From NCBI GenBank assembly GCA_964023285.1, contig CAXIEN010000093.1, positions 2,567,739 to 2,631,738 of the forward strand: a DNA stretch of 64,000 nt. The letters run 5' to 3'. The DNA is from Larinioides sclopetarius. Lineage: Eukaryota. Below the pieces are notes generated by a model that saw nothing but the letters and a program-made list of their open reading frames with translations, was not told where the DNA came from and ran no database searches. Both the position numbers and the translations under genes were made by a program. This document shows, one piece after another, positions 38,900 through 52,035 of the stretch (the first letter of the stretch is position 1; every line of letters starts with the position of its first letter).

Positions 38900-39520
38900 C
38901 AAATTAAAATAAGTATAGCTTGTTACCAAAGAGGCACAGAGTTACTGTTAAATATTGCATGGCGTTGAATAATATTTGCAATATTGTATAATACTGTACA
39001 ATACTGCTTAAATACTATACAATTTTTATACACTTTGTGCTGAAAAAAGCAAATAGCATTGAAATAATCAGTTAAAATGAATGAAAGTCTTAGTTATGTA
39101 GTTTATTTTTAGAAAATAAATTTAATAGCTTCTTACTTTTCAGAATAATCGTATCATAGCTATTATCTCTTGTAATCATAACTGTTTTCAAAACATAGTT
39201 GTGTCCTGAAAAAACAGATTAAAATAAATTTATCTTGGTACCCAAGTAGCGCAAAGATATTGCTCAACATTGGTTAACCAATATTTGCAATTTTGTATAA
39301 TATTATATAATACTGCATAAATATTATACAATATCGTACAATATAATACTCTTTGTGCTACCTGAAAAAGCGCATAGTATTGAAATAATCAGTAAAAGTA
39401 AGTAAAAATCTTAGTTAAGCAGTTTATTTTTAGAATTTTAATTTGATAGCTTCTCACTTTTTAGAATCATTGTATTATATCTATTAACTCTTGTAATCAT
39501 AACTGTTTAAAAAATATTGA
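38900..39520. repeat. Tandem duplication, about 300-bp unit in 2 diverged copies
   Basis: '..aatatttgcaat(a/t)ttgtataata(c/t)t..tacaat..ctttgtgct..aaaaagc(a/g)(a/c)atag(c/t)attgaaataatcagt..cttagtta..gtttatttttagaa..' appears in both halves. Confidence 0.7.
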
Positions 39521-40009
39521 GTTATTTAGCTGGATTCTTAGAATTCTGTCACTTAATTGGATTCAAATTCTCTTTGCGGCTCATATTTCTTGCACTGGGT
39601 TCTAAACTTTTTTATGTGGCAGCAGTAGAGTTTAATCCAATTGGCCAACAGCACGATTTACTATCTCATCTAGTGAAAGCTGGAGTCAGCAATGATTCTG
39701 ATAAATAATTAATCAACCATTAATCAATAATTAAAATTTCTAATTGCAACCACAAGCACACACAAAAAAACACGAAGATTTAAAATCAATTTTAAGAATT
39801 TCTATTGCATATACGTACATAGGTCAAAGTTACGATGTTTAAATATGAAGTCCTGCTAATCAAAGTCCAAAATATTGACGATTATTTCCTACTTTTTAAT
39901 ATTTATCTTGATTCAAAATTATAATTTTAGAATATATAATAATCAATTGCTTCCCATATTAACAATCAGATGGCGCTAATCTAATACAATAAAAGTTTAA
40001 TTAGTAATA

Positions 40010-40450
40010 ATCGATTAACTGATAATGAAATTACGGAAATTTAAAAAAAGGCATATTATTATCAAGAACACAAGAGTGTACAAAATTTAAAAACTTTATC
40101 AAAACAGCAAGTGAGTAAAAAATAGATTGCAAAAATCCATTTTTCTAAATGTGAAACAAATAAAGTTAAACAAAATTGCTAAAAATGGAAATATAAAAGT
40201 TTCCATTCCTCATCCTTGTAAAAAATATTGAATATTAATCGGTTAAACTGACAATTAAATTAACAAAATTAAAAAGATCAAACAAACATATTATTATCAA
40301 GCGCACATGAGTGTACAATATTTCAAAACTCTATCAAAATAGCAAGTGAGTGAAATGTTGATAGCAAGATTCTATTTTTACAAACTGCAACCACATCAAG
40401 TTAAATAAAAGCGTAAAAAACTGGAAACACAAAGCTTTCTAATCCTGTTT
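40010..40450. repeat. Tandem duplication, about 220-bp unit in 2 diverged copies
   Basis: 'atattattatcaag(a/c)(a/g)cac(a/t)(a/t)gagtgtacaa(a/t)atttcaaaac..tatcaaaa(c/t)agcaagtgagt..' is repeated. Confidence 0.65.
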
Positions 40451-41619
40451 TACGAATTCTTTCTATAACGCATACTTACAAAGCTGCAACCATTTAAACC
40501 GCGCACGAAAATTATGTACCGCCAATGTTAAAAGAAGTATCACAAATTTTCGTCTCTTTCACTAAAGACTTGAAAAAAAGGAACTTTTCTTAGCAGTATT
40601 GATGTTTCTGTAAGATTATCGAATGAGTAGAAGTGAACGAAAACAAAACGTAAAAATTGCACTTCATGTATGAAGAGTGATTTCAAGTACGCTTGAGGAA
40701 AATTAGGTAGTTCATAATCTCGTTTATTGAATAATTAGGGGAGAAAGAGAAATTCTTATGGATTTTCTGATTAATTTTTATTTTAAAGGTCGCGTGAAGC
40801 TTAATGAAAGAGAAAGCTTGGGAACGAAATACAAGATCTCGAAAATCAGATTCAATAAAAACTAACTCTTCGGATCTAACGAGTCTTTTTCTTTCAGTTT
40901 ATCCAATTTCATTTTGTCGGAGAATTTGCCCACAGCTACCTTCTTTCATTAAAGTTTCTGAAACAAGTTTTAATAAATGAAGCTAGCCGCGCTTATGTGT
41001 TTGATAGAAGGATTAAATTATCTTTGATATCCTGAGAACAATGAAGCAAATATTTTATTTATAATGAAAGTATCATTGACAGTTCAAATGTTTTGTGCTT
41101 ATGAAAAATTTATGATTGTAGAATTTCATCGAAAAAGAATAATTATTTTTGGAAAGGGGTAGTTCATCTTTAAATAGGGTTGCCATACGTCGAGTATACG
41201 GATTTTGTCACTGTATTTGAATTCTCAGTCCCGTATTGTTATTCGTCCCGTTTTTGTTCATTTTCTCCTTAAACGTAGTCAGTGAAGCCAGTTGAAGCAT
41301 AATTTTAAATTTTCATTATCATTTTAAATTAGCTTGCACCCGATTTTATCATTAAGAAAAAGAAGAAAATAAAGGAAATGAAAATTAGGAAAGTAAAATC
41401 AATTTTAAAATTTGATTAGATTAAAAAACGGATTTGCCCTGTATCTTTTTTGAAATTCTACGTGTTCATTTATTAGTTTGATTAAAATTTATAGATTTTT
41501 TTATCAGAGTAAAATAAACATTACTTACACACTTTTTTCATGTCTAATTTATTTAGAAGTTGAGCATCTTGTATCAATGCTTAGCAACCAGGGCAATTCT
41601 AGCTTTAAGCTTTAAGAAT

Positions 41620-41646
41620 TTCTCTCTCTCTCTCTCTCTCTCTCTT
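41620..41646. repeat. (CT)n microsatellite, about 13 units
   Basis: Direct read. Confidence 0.9.
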
Positions 41647-44600
41647 CTTCAAAAAACTAATTTGTCTGTCCTTTAATCATACTGTTTCATCAAAATTTTA
41701 CACTCCTGTCCTATTGTATTGCACCAAATGTGACGATTATACAAAGAGGCCATAAATTATTGAATTCATTTTAAAAAGTATTTAAAACTAATAAAGACAC
41801 AACTAAAAGTTTTTTAATGACAGCGTATTTTAAATATTTTTTGATAAGTAACGCTCCACGATGGTCTAAGTGGTAGTAAATTATTGGATATCTCCCATTA
41901 TTTAGAGCTATTACTTACGAAACTATTAAAGCTAGAAGAAAAGCAAAAGAATAAATTTGTAGAGAATTTTATGCTTTTTAATTCGTTAAATCATTTGTAA
42001 TTCTAAAACCGAATAATTTTTGATTTATTAAAAAAAAAATCTAAAAATGGAAATCGCGGAAAATGTACATCGGCTTCTACTACACGGCAGCCACTGCATA
42101 TAGAAATCTCTATCTGTAGCATATTTAGAGCGTCCTAATGGTATGTCACTTATCCGAAAAAAGCTTTATCATTTGCTCTCTCATTAAAAAAACACTGTTG
42201 TAACATCATTAGTTTCTTTTTATTAACTTTTAAAATAGGTCCAATATTTTATATTTATTTTAATGTATTTATTGTTAACGAAAAAATACAAGAACAGGTA
42301 ACCACATGAAAGTTGGATATGGAATAAAAATTTTATTGCTTAATAAACTTTAATATGGGAGTAAGCCCTTTGATCTGTCTCTGAATTTTAAAAGGTTATT
42401 TTGAGACCTGATCCGCTCTTAATATATATAAAAAATATTAAATGTCCTTTGAGGACAAAATCAATTATGATATTTATTATCGGATCTGGTGCACATGATT
42501 ACGAAATAGTCTAATTAGTATGTTATTTTTCTTTCTTGTTTACTTTTCTTGGATCAAAAGGGCTCTCTGTTCTCTTGTGTTAATTAATTTAAACTATTTA
42601 TCAAGCTCATTAACTCCAGCTATTTAATCTTACTTTATTGCTAAACCATATTCTTCGCACTCTTTGCATTTTCGTGACAATAATTTGGTGTATTCTAAAC
42701 GGATGTCTTTGTCCCTAACTCCCAACAACACACCGTTTTTTTCTATGTTTTTTCTTATTTCCCAAATTTAATCACATTAGCAGAGGTAATAAAGTACCTT
42801 TTCATGTTCTTGTCCTTACCTTTCCCCGGAAAAGACATGCGTTGAATAATCGAATTACCCATTATTACTGAAACTACTATTAAAATAATTATGAAAATCC
42901 CGTTCTTTCGTAGGCCTATACTAGCAAATATATTCCCAAAGCGTTGAGGAATTTACGAATAAAGTAGTTTCTGAAGCATCTTTTCGAAATTTACAAAGAC
43001 GAGTTTCCATCCATTGTACTTTGAACAAGTTTTGTTAAAATCAAAACACTGTAAATTCGAAGAGTAGGTAATTTTGTAAATTCCTTTAGAGGAAAAGTTG
43101 TGACAGTAGCATACAATCACACGAATCGTAGCTCCTTATATATAATTGAGAGTAAGAAATGTTAGTTAATAAATTGAAAGGGAATTTTTCTCTTCTAAAA
43201 GAGTGTTAATTTTAGATTCTGCTTTCACATGGGAGGAAGCATTGTTTTATTTTCTAAGCGAGAAAGTAAAAGTCCTTTTTCTTTATTAGAGAGCTGGCTT
43301 TTCGATTGCTTGTCATGAATTTGCATTCGCAAGGAATTCATTGTTTGTCATAGTGAATAAATACTTAATAATAACATAGTGAATAAATACTTAATTTCTT
43401 AAGAGACCAAGCTGAAACAAAACGTTTTGCTGCAATCAAAATTGTGAAATAGACTTTCATTCTTGAGTTTGAAGATTTGTTTTGCAGTATTTATAATAAG
43501 AAATAATTTGAATCTAATGTATGTTTTTAACAAAATATAAACTTGCATTTGATGGTGAGAGAATTTTGCGCTTAAGAAAGCTTTTGAATAATTTTTAAGC
43601 ATGATTTGCATTTCAAATTTAATCAATGTTCCTAAAAGATAGAAAGAATCATTGACAGAAACGTGTAAAATTTTTTTAAAAGATTGAAAAAAGTTGAAAA
43701 TACTAAAAAGTTTATAAATCTATCTTCGTTATTTTAAATGTTGCATTGAATTTATGAGAAAAAAAGTATGCGAATAAGGTAACTATTTCAGAACAAATGT
43801 TTTCTTTTTTTGTTGTTATATGGATTTATTTAACTTTGTCTTTAACATTTTTATTTACGACTTGTTTCCCTGTTTGTAACACACACAAAAAGGAGTTTTT
43901 TTAATCTTTTCTTTCACTCAATCCCTGATGTTCTAGTTTTGTATGCTTGCATGAGTTCTCAATGGCAATGTACTATTCTTATATTTTCATGACTTCATTA
44001 TCAGTTAATTGCTTAATTTAAATAAGAGGGGAGACACATGGTAGTGAATTTGATATAAATTGATGGCATAGAACATAATATTTACAATATTGAATTAGAA
44101 AAAAAACACTTAAAAGAAATAAATAAAAAATATTTTTAGCATATTATTAAAAATGAAGTTTTAAAAGTACTTTATTAAATTTATTTGAGTGCAACTTATT
44201 CATACATTTAATAAATATCAAAGACTGCTTGAAGAAAGTTTATAATTTGTGGTCTTTGAAAAAGGTAAAATAATATGAGTAAAATATAATAGATTTTTTG
44301 GGTTTTTTTTTGTTGATGTGGAAATATAATCTTTTTTTTCTCCCAAAATCTTTCGTATTGTCAAAAGCCTGTAAAAAAATTTGAAAAGAATAATAAAAAA
44401 CAATTGATCTAGAAATTGATTCAAAGGCTAAAAATAAATAGGTTTTTTTACCGGATTTAAAGCTCTTGCGTAGAATGTATCCTGAGTGGTGAGAACTTCT
44501 AGTATAGAGGAATAAAAATTGACGTATGCCCTCTATTTAAATATCTTTCATTCGCTTTAATTTTCCACACCTATCCTATATAGAACAAAATGACTTTATC

Positions 44601-44818
44601 ATTTTGATTAAAGACACTAATTATCTACATACATAAAAGGCAAATACCATGACTTACACACTCACTTACGCATAACGAAATCTCCCAAGCCTTGAGGCCT
44701 CGAAACTTGAAATTTGGATAGTGGCTGCATTTTGGGTGGTAAGTGCTCTAAGAAAGGAGTTTTTGAAATTTTTATTAGAATATTAATTAATTAAAATACC
44801 CATCATAGCACAAAATGG

Positions 44819-45258
44819 TACAGCTGGGATATACGGCGCCAAAGGCGACTTGGCGATATTTTGTTTGATTGGCGACTTTTCGCGTTTGCGTCTATTGCAC
44901 ATTTTGAAACGCAATCCGCCATTTTGAAGATCGGAAGATTGATCTTTCTATTTCTGGGCAATAAAAAAACTAGTTGCCTTTAATTTAAGTTAGTTAGTTA
45001 GCAAGCCTAGTTGCAATTAATTTAAAAGCGAAGCTACGAGTTAGCTGCTACGCCGAAAGCGAAGCCGCCGATGTTTTTTTTAAGTAAAAAAAATTGCCCG
45101 GAACGCGTAGAACATAATGTATACTTTAAAAACTTTTCTTCATAAGAAACTAAACGTAATCGCCATCTTGAATAACGATTACAACTCGCCAGCCGCCATG
45201 TTTGTTTACATTGAAACTTCGCCAAATCGTCGTGGGCGCCGTATATCCCAGCTGTTCC
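44819..45258. mobile_element. hAT-like MITE, copy 1 (440 bp), with a 24-bp TIR and an 8-bp TSD 'cacaaaat'
   Basis: Left 'cacaaaat|GGTACAGCTGGGATATACGGCGCC..', right '..GGCGCCGTATATCCCAGCTGTTCC|cacaaaat'. An 8-bp TSD is characteristic of hAT. Confidence 0.8.
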
Positions 45259-47229
45259 CACAAAATACCGGATAATATTGTGCGATATCTATACGATGTT
45301 CTTCGGTATTCTGAATACAGCACAATGTCGTGAAGATAACGTAACGACATTGCGCGGCATTTTGTGCTATTAGGGACATCTCACACTTTATCGTTTATCC
45401 GCAATACCATGGGAACATATTGTCACACAGAAGCTATTTTAATATCAACTTAAAGTTTAAAAAATGAGCTTTTCAAGGAACACCAATTTCATTTCACTGC
45501 TATGTCTGTTTGATTTTAATTAACCTTTGAAAATATTTTCGAACACAATTTCCAGTTTACGAAACTGAATAGAGCTACTAAGATAATTGTTCCATTTATA
45601 GTATAGTAGATGGGGAGGGAGGAGGTTTGATGAAGGGAAGGCATTGATGATTTACGGTTACATTCGCATATGGATTCTATTCGATGCTGCCTCTCTTCAT
45701 GTTTAACTTTCGTGGCCATAGTAGGTGTTAATCATTCTATTTATAATTGAAAAGGAATTGAGTTATTTGAAACTCAGTAGTTCAATTTCATTAGCTGTGA
45801 ATCGTCAAATAGAATTACATCGTTGGTATTATAAAATTAAGTCTTTTATTGTACTATCTGGCAAATACCATAAAATATGCAATTTTTATTCATCCTTCTC
45901 AACTGAAGTTGGTGAAATCGCGAAAGGAAGTCTATAATTAATATAAGCCACAAAAATAAAGGCTAATGAAAACGGACGAACCAGCTCGTCACCGAAGGCG
46001 GCTAGTTTCCCAATATTTTTATATACAGTAGTCATCTCTCGTAATGTTCACGGATGTAATGATATAAATCGGTTGATCAAAATAATCCATATCTAAAAAC
46101 ACAAAAAAATTTGCCTGTTCTAGTGATCAACATTTCATTTGTTGAGATCGGTCTTGATGAGATGACTCCTCAGAAGATGAGGACGATGAAAAAGGGCAAG
46201 AAAAGAAGCCATCATAAGCCCAAGAAACTCTACATACTATTCGCATTTAAGAAGATCTGTTCAAAACCATGCTGAGCTTTTGAACAGCATTGTTCAAACG
46301 AATTGAATCCGATATATGCTTGAAAATTGAAGCATGTCGCTTTCGACAACATTTCAGGCCTGATTTCCGCCCAGGTTTGAGGCCCTAAAATTTCCAAAAT
46401 TATTATGATCAAAAGGAGACCCGGTTCATTATTATTCGTATTCGTTTCGAACTCAATTGGACAACCGAAACCAATTTTTATTCACATATTTAATTGCTTT
46501 TAAGAAATATTCTAACAAGTTACTTTCATTATAACAATGATAGTATCAAATGATTTATATTAAATTGTTCTTTTATGTTAGAATTTCAGTAACGTCTTTT
46601 CTTACACGTTCTTTAAGACCATATATGTTCGAAGAAAAATCTCCCACATTCAACCACTGTCAATACATATCATTGCACCTCCCATATTTAATTCTTTATG
46701 GGGTCCCGAAAAAATTCTGTGCTTTAGGCCGCGAGTGATGTCAGGCCTTGATAACATTTTTAAAAAAGCTTAAAGTGAATGATTTTAAAAAAAATTCCCC
46801 ACATCGTAACTATTTTCTTTTTTAAATTAAAACAAATGAATACGTAACGATGTTATGCTGTCTGTTTTTTCTGCTATGATTATGTGTATAATGTAAATGA
46901 TGCACTGAACAAAAATGATTTCTTGCGCTCTAATTGTCACAGTGACTTAGCGAGAGTAAATAGCGCTCATTGCCTTCAATTATGTTTCACCTCTTCATAA
47001 TATTTAGCTTACAAAAGTACTATGCTCTAATGTTTTCTCCCATTGCCCTCCCTGAGTAGCTCATAGATTTCTAAACCCCTGATCTTTGTATTTTATAATT
47101 TTTTTTATAAATTTTAATGTTTTGATGGCATTGTTGGATAAACTTATCATTATGAGTTAGTGATCATCTTGATTTTGTCCCATAGTGATCACTAAAAACG
47201 GAGTCCATTGTTAAATTTTTTTCTATCGT

Positions 47230-47420
47230 TCTCAATATATTCTCTGTGTGTTTTCTGTCTCGTTTCTCTGTACGGTTTTTCTCTCGTTTCTATGTGTTTT
47301 CTCTCTTGTTTCTATGTGTTTTCTCTCGTTCTCCATGTGTTTTTTCTCTCGTTCTCTAAGCGTTTTCTTTCTTGTTTCTATGTGTTTTCTCTCGTTCTCT
47401 ATGTGCTTTTACTCTCGTTA
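47230..47420. repeat. Minisatellite, about 22-bp unit ('tctctcgtttctatgtgttt') in about 9 copies
   Basis: Direct read. The track ORFs at 47208 and 47248 are repeat artifacts (..FLSCFYVFSLVL.. recurring). Confidence 0.9.
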
Positions 47421-47518
47421 TTTATGTTTTTGTAATTATATTGTTTCTTCCATGCATATATTTTTTCACTTCCATAGCTTTATTTAATTATATTTATATG
47501 TTTCTATTAAATAAAGAG

Positions 47519-47786
47519 TTGTGGTGGGTGGCCTAGTGGTAAAGTGGATGGAGGGTTCCAGGTTCTAAACCCTATTTCATCCAAGATCTGCCGTATATGT
47601 GGACCGGGTGTACATTAAATCTAACATTAAGTGTCAAACATCCCGCTGTTGGTCCGACGTGTAATTTTGATGAGGGGTATCAGTACATATGACGTCCTTA
47701 TCATCTGACTATGGTTCAAAATTATGAATATGGTACTAAAATAGCCGTAGTATTATTAAAATAATAGAATGTTAATTTAATTGAAT
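47519..47786 (+). mobile_element. tRNA-derived SINE, copy D
   Basis: Head 'gtggtgggtggcctagtggtaaag..ggttccaggttctaaaccc'. Body 'agatctgccgtatatgtggacc..catctgactatggttcaaaattatga..ctaaaatagcc'. Tail 'gttaatttaattgaa'. Confidence 0.8.
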
Positions 47787-49856
47787 CCACCGCTTAAAAA
47801 ATTACGAAAATTTACATATATCCATTTAAATTAGAAAGAATCTTCTGAAAACGAGGTTAATGTAAGTGTATGACAGGCTTTTTATGGTTCCAGTAGGATG
47901 GGGAAAACCGACTAATTGCGTTACACATTGCTGCTTATTATCATAACGTGTATAAAAAGAATGACTTAGCACAATTAACCTCACTCAATTATATCATTAA
48001 ATGCCGCATGCATTACACAGTGCGGAAAATACCATGTCCAGTATAATCCAATCGCTTAATAAAGAATGGAGAAGGTGAGCTAGACTGGAAAGGGTAAATT
48101 ATCTTGAATATTTTTATTTCTAGATTTTAAGTAAAAATGTTCTCTTTAAATAAAAATGTCTTGTTTTCTATAAGTCAACCTTACTTTCTGCTGAAATCTC
48201 AAATTTATCTTGGTAGTTTTGAGCGTGGTATCAAATTAAAATAAATGACATTTCATTGCTTAACGAAGCAAAACCAACTATCTTAATTGTTAGAAATAAA
48301 AAATAGGAGGTATACATTCAATTTTTTGAAACTAATAGCAAATATTTATGAACTTTTTAGGATCTGATATAAACATATGACTTCATGCTCCGATCTGACC
48401 TGAAAAAATATTTAAAAATATTCCTTTATAGTTGAGAACAATTGAGTATTTTATTCCTCTTTGAAATTTCTAAAAAATGAGATAGGTGGTGTTGCTTGTT
48501 AAGCAACGATTTATCCTTGAAACTGTTTAAGACCAGCTTGAAAATGGCTCAACTCTGCATAACGAGTTTTCTTGTTTGTTTATTTACATTACAAACAATG
48601 TATCTTCTTCTATGTCGGATTTCCACTTTGAAGTGTCTATTGATTTAGCATTTCACGAGAATTGCGTAGTACAGGCACTTAAATGTAAACACATAAAGCA
48701 GAAAACTCGTTCATACAGCAGCATCTATACAATTGAGATTAAAAATTTTTATTTAATGGAAGAACTTTTTTAGGCGATCCAGAACGCGTAGATTCTATAC
48801 CATGATGGCTTAAAATTTATAGCTGTTTTCGTGGAGTTATAGCTCGCCGCTCAAATTTTTGCTGTATTCTGATGTCAGTGACAAACGTGGCATAAAAAAT
48901 GTTGCAAGGAAGAAAAACGGACATTTCTATTGTGATTTATTCTAGGTCAGAAGACTCTAATGTATCACTATCTTGTTTTCTTGAAAAAATCACCATTTTT
49001 CAGTAAATATTAAACCTGGAGTTATGATGCTGATTGTGTGTAAGAACCTTCTTTGTGATCTCTATGGTAAGGTGTCCAAATGTCTTCCTATAGAGCGGTT
49101 GGTCTTCCTTTTGTAAATTCTATCCTTGCTCGAAAAGTGAACAATAAATAATGCTACAAACATTTTTTTCTAATGCATTTATCATATTATGATATATACT
49201 TTAGTGTATGCCAATGCATTAAATGTTTCTTTCGTTTATGATACTTTTAGCTTCAATTTGTTTTTGTTATCTTTTGTTGAAACTATTTTCTGAGCTAAAG
49301 CCTTTTTACATCAAGTATTAGCAGAAATCTCAATTTTGTTGTTCATTTCACCAAATATTGCCTTTTCAGTTCCTATTCGACATAAATTTGTTTTTACAGG
49401 CTTAGAAGTTTTTTTAAAGCAAATGGAGCATTCTGGGAAAGAAAAAGGAAATAAAATAGAAAGAATGATTTTTAATCTAAAGACTATTTCTAAAACAGTC
49501 CATGAAATTTAAATTTAAATGTTGAAAGAAGAAATAGGCGGTATAGTAAAAGCTATTCATACATAGCTTCCATACCGTTTATTTCTTCTTCTCTCGACAT
49601 TTTAATTTAAATTTTATTGGCAGCTTTAAAAATATTCTTTAGATTAAAAATTATTTATTTTATTTATTTCCTAAAATTTAATCTGAGAGCTTTTGCTAGT
49701 ATAAGGTTTTTATAATAATCGTAATCGCTACAAGAAAGTGAAAACAATGCGTCATCTAAAATGGCGAGTCATATTCGACTTACAAGTGAAGTTGTTTCAA
49801 GTTTATACTATCTGTATCTGCGTTACTGCTAAGATTGCATTGTAAAGATAAATATT

Positions 49857-50056
49857 CCAGGCTCAAAGCCCATTTCCACTGAATGTCCGCTGTGCTTGTG
49901 AGCATGAGTCAAATGTTGTCCTGGTGATGTGGCGTCCAAGCTTAGAGTAGGAACCACCATTCTCGTCATCTGACCGCGGTTCACAATTACGATGTCCGTC
50001 CCCAAATAGTCCCCGATTGCTTCAAAATCGGACGTTAATGTAACTAAACTAAACTG
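49857..50056 (+). mobile_element. tRNA-derived SINE, copy E (5'-truncated, lacking the tRNA head)
   Basis: 'ccaggctcaaagcccatttccactgaatgtccgctgtg..catctgaccgcggttcacaattacgatgtccgtccccaaatagtccccgattgcttcaaaatcggacgttaat' followed by the tail 'gtaactaaactaaac'. Confidence 0.8.
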
Positions 50057-50262
50057 TGTTAAGATAGTTACCAGGAAGAGAGAATCGACTCTTTATATCC
50101 TGGAATAAGTCAATTTGACCCAAATCTTTCATCGGATTACAGTGGTGGCTCGTCCAAAAGGGCTGTAGTCTCCTCCTAATATTATTGTAAAAGCTTGTAT
50201 TTTCCTTTTCATCCTTGTTTGATTGTTCTTACGCTTTAAGAGTTTCATAATCAACAAAAATA

Positions 50263-50812
50263 TCAGAAAAATGATGTGGCCATCACAAAACTTTCTTCTA
50301 TATAATTATGTGATTGAAATCGAGATATATACTAAAAACAAATATTGAAAAATTTATGAAAAAATTGAAATAGCAGCGCCACCTGTCAAGCGATATGCAC
50401 AAAAATTTTATGAACATTAATAAAAGTCAAGACAAAACTAAATATAAAATTTTATGAAATTTCTCCTATTAGTTTTTGATGTAGAGTGGATACGAAAAAT
50501 CTCGAAAAAACAGAATAGCAGCGCCACCTGTTGAACGATCTACTCCAAAATCTAATCAGCACCAATTTATGTTAAAATACATTTTAATATGAAATCACAT
50601 AAAATTCTGTCCAGTAGCTTTTGGGCTAGTGCGCCCACAAAATTTCGGTTACACACAGCACACAGACAGACATTTTATAAAAGTAGTGGAATCGTGTTCA
50701 GGACCCTCCAAAACGTGTAAATCCATCGAAAAACGGAGGTCGAAAATTTTCGCGATTCCAATACTTTCTTTTTATATTATCTTCTATATTATTTATTATC
50801 TTCTTATAGAAG
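50263..50812 (+). mobile_element. Dispersed repeat family 'R', shorter copy (about 550 bp)
   Basis: Collinear with 32126-32960: 'gatgtggccatcacaaaactttcttctatataatta' .. 'aatagcagcgccacctg..ctaatcagcaccaa..' .. 'cacacagacagacattttataaaagtagtg..ggaccctccaaaacgtgtaaatccatcg..tatagaagaaagt'. Track ORFs 32751(+) and 50629(+) give related peptides, and both are low-complexity. Confidence 0.8.
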
Positions 50813-50984
50813 AAAGTTTTAATAAGAAGTGTCAAGAGGCACCTGACGCTGTAGAAGCCACAGACCGCGCTTGGCGCGAGACATCCTTTTTGTGTCGTCC
50901 TTATTTGGCGTTTTATCACTTTCGATAAGTAGTCCACTCATTAGGTAGTTTTTTAATTTTTTTGCTTCTTTATGTTTTTGAGTC

Positions 50985-51252
50985 TGCGGTGGCCTACACA
51001 GCCTTGTGATTGAAGGGTCGCAGGCGCGAAACCAGATTCCACTGAAGATCCGCCGTGCATGGGACCTATTACGTGCTAAATCATATGTAATAGCCAAACG
51101 TCCTCCCAGTCGTATGGCTTGGAAGCTTGGAGAGGGGAGTGCCGCGGCTCTGGTGTCATCCTCGCCATCTGACCGCGGTTGAAAGTTACGATGTCCGATC
51201 CTAAATAGCCCTCCTGTCGCTTCAAAACGGGACGTTAATTATTATTATTAAT
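50985..51252 (+). mobile_element. tRNA-derived SINE, copy F. Its tail reads 'acgttaat' followed by (TTA)n, then abuts the LINE fragment
   Basis: 'tgcggtggcctacacagcc..ccactgaagatccgccgtgcatggg..gctaaatcatatg..catctgaccgcggttgaaagttacgatgtccgatcctaaatagccctcctgtcgcttcaaaacgggacgttaat|tattattattaat'. Confidence 0.85.
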
Positions 51253-52035
51253 CCACTGAAAGGGAACCGACCAGACAAGGTTTACGGTTATACAAAACCC
51301 CTCTCAGCGTAAATGTGGAAAACAAAGGAAGAGGAAAAAAAAAAAATAAGGCAAAGAAAATCTGAATTGCAAGTGGAAGCTATAAAAGTCTTTTTTTAGT
51401 CCATGATGATGTCTTGTTGCCGTTCATGAAGGATTTTCATGATACACATAATTCGTACAAGGGATCTTTTGTCATTTACAATTTTTTCACACCATGTTGA
51501 TAGATTTTCAGCACTGGGCTTCGTGAAGTGAAAGTGTTTGGTCATTGGACATTCTGTTGCGTAGTGATTTGGGTCTCCTTTAGCGCCGCAGACACACTGA
51601 TCGTGAGAGCATAAACCGAACCTGTGAAGATAGGCCACGAACGGCCCATGCCCTGTGATGAATTGGTTGATTTTTGAGTTGAAAGAGGCTCGATTTACGT
51701 TGACTTGAGGAACGAAGAGGAAGGTCCGTCGCCCCGTTTCCGAGAGGTTCCACCTATCTTGCCAGATTTCAAGGGAACATTTTTTGAGATTCTTTTTAAG
51801 GTAAGATTTAGGGAGATCAGTATTGATGATGAGAGAACTGTCCACAGTACCCTGCCTGGCTAATTGGTCAGCAATTTCATTCCCTAGTACCCCCGAATGT
51901 CCTTTTACCCAGGAGATGGTAACTTCGGTTGTCAAGGTGTTCGAGATATTCAGGATTTCCCGAGCAATAGGTGAGTTTGGCTGGAGGGCAGCAAGTGCTT
52001 TCAGGGACGATTGACTATCCGTGTGAATAGTGCAT
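51253..52035 (-). mobile_element. 5'-truncated non-LTR retrotransposon (LINE) fragment: RNase H domain, C-terminal Cys/His motif and a roughly 140-bp 3'UTR, ending at or near a (TAA)n tract
   Basis: Minus-strand translation of 51396-52030 gives '..ICTIHTDSQSSLKALAALQPNSPIAREILNISNTLTTEVTISWVKGHSGVLGNEIADQLARQGTV..' (an RNase H signature, TD..S..A / VKGH.G..GNE.AD.LA) followed by 'HDQCVCGAKGDPNHYATECP'. Among arthropod non-LTR elements, RNase H is found in the I, R1 and LOA clades. The frame closes upstream at about 52040, which indicates 5' truncation. The (TAA)4 at 51241-51252, read on the minus strand, may belong to this element or to the SINE F tail. Confidence 0.8.

Noticed and set aside
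46140-46260. Short basic peptide frame (..MTPQKMRTMKKGKKRSHHKPKK..)
   Set aside because: It is under 40 codons, with no flanking splice signals or homology that I can recognise.
51237-51252. Assigning the (TAA)4 / (TTA)4 tract definitively to the LINE 3' end
   Set aside because: The same bases continue the SINE F tail ('acgttaat'+'tattattattaat'), and SINE tails in this family are variable short repeats. The assignment is ambiguous without other copies.
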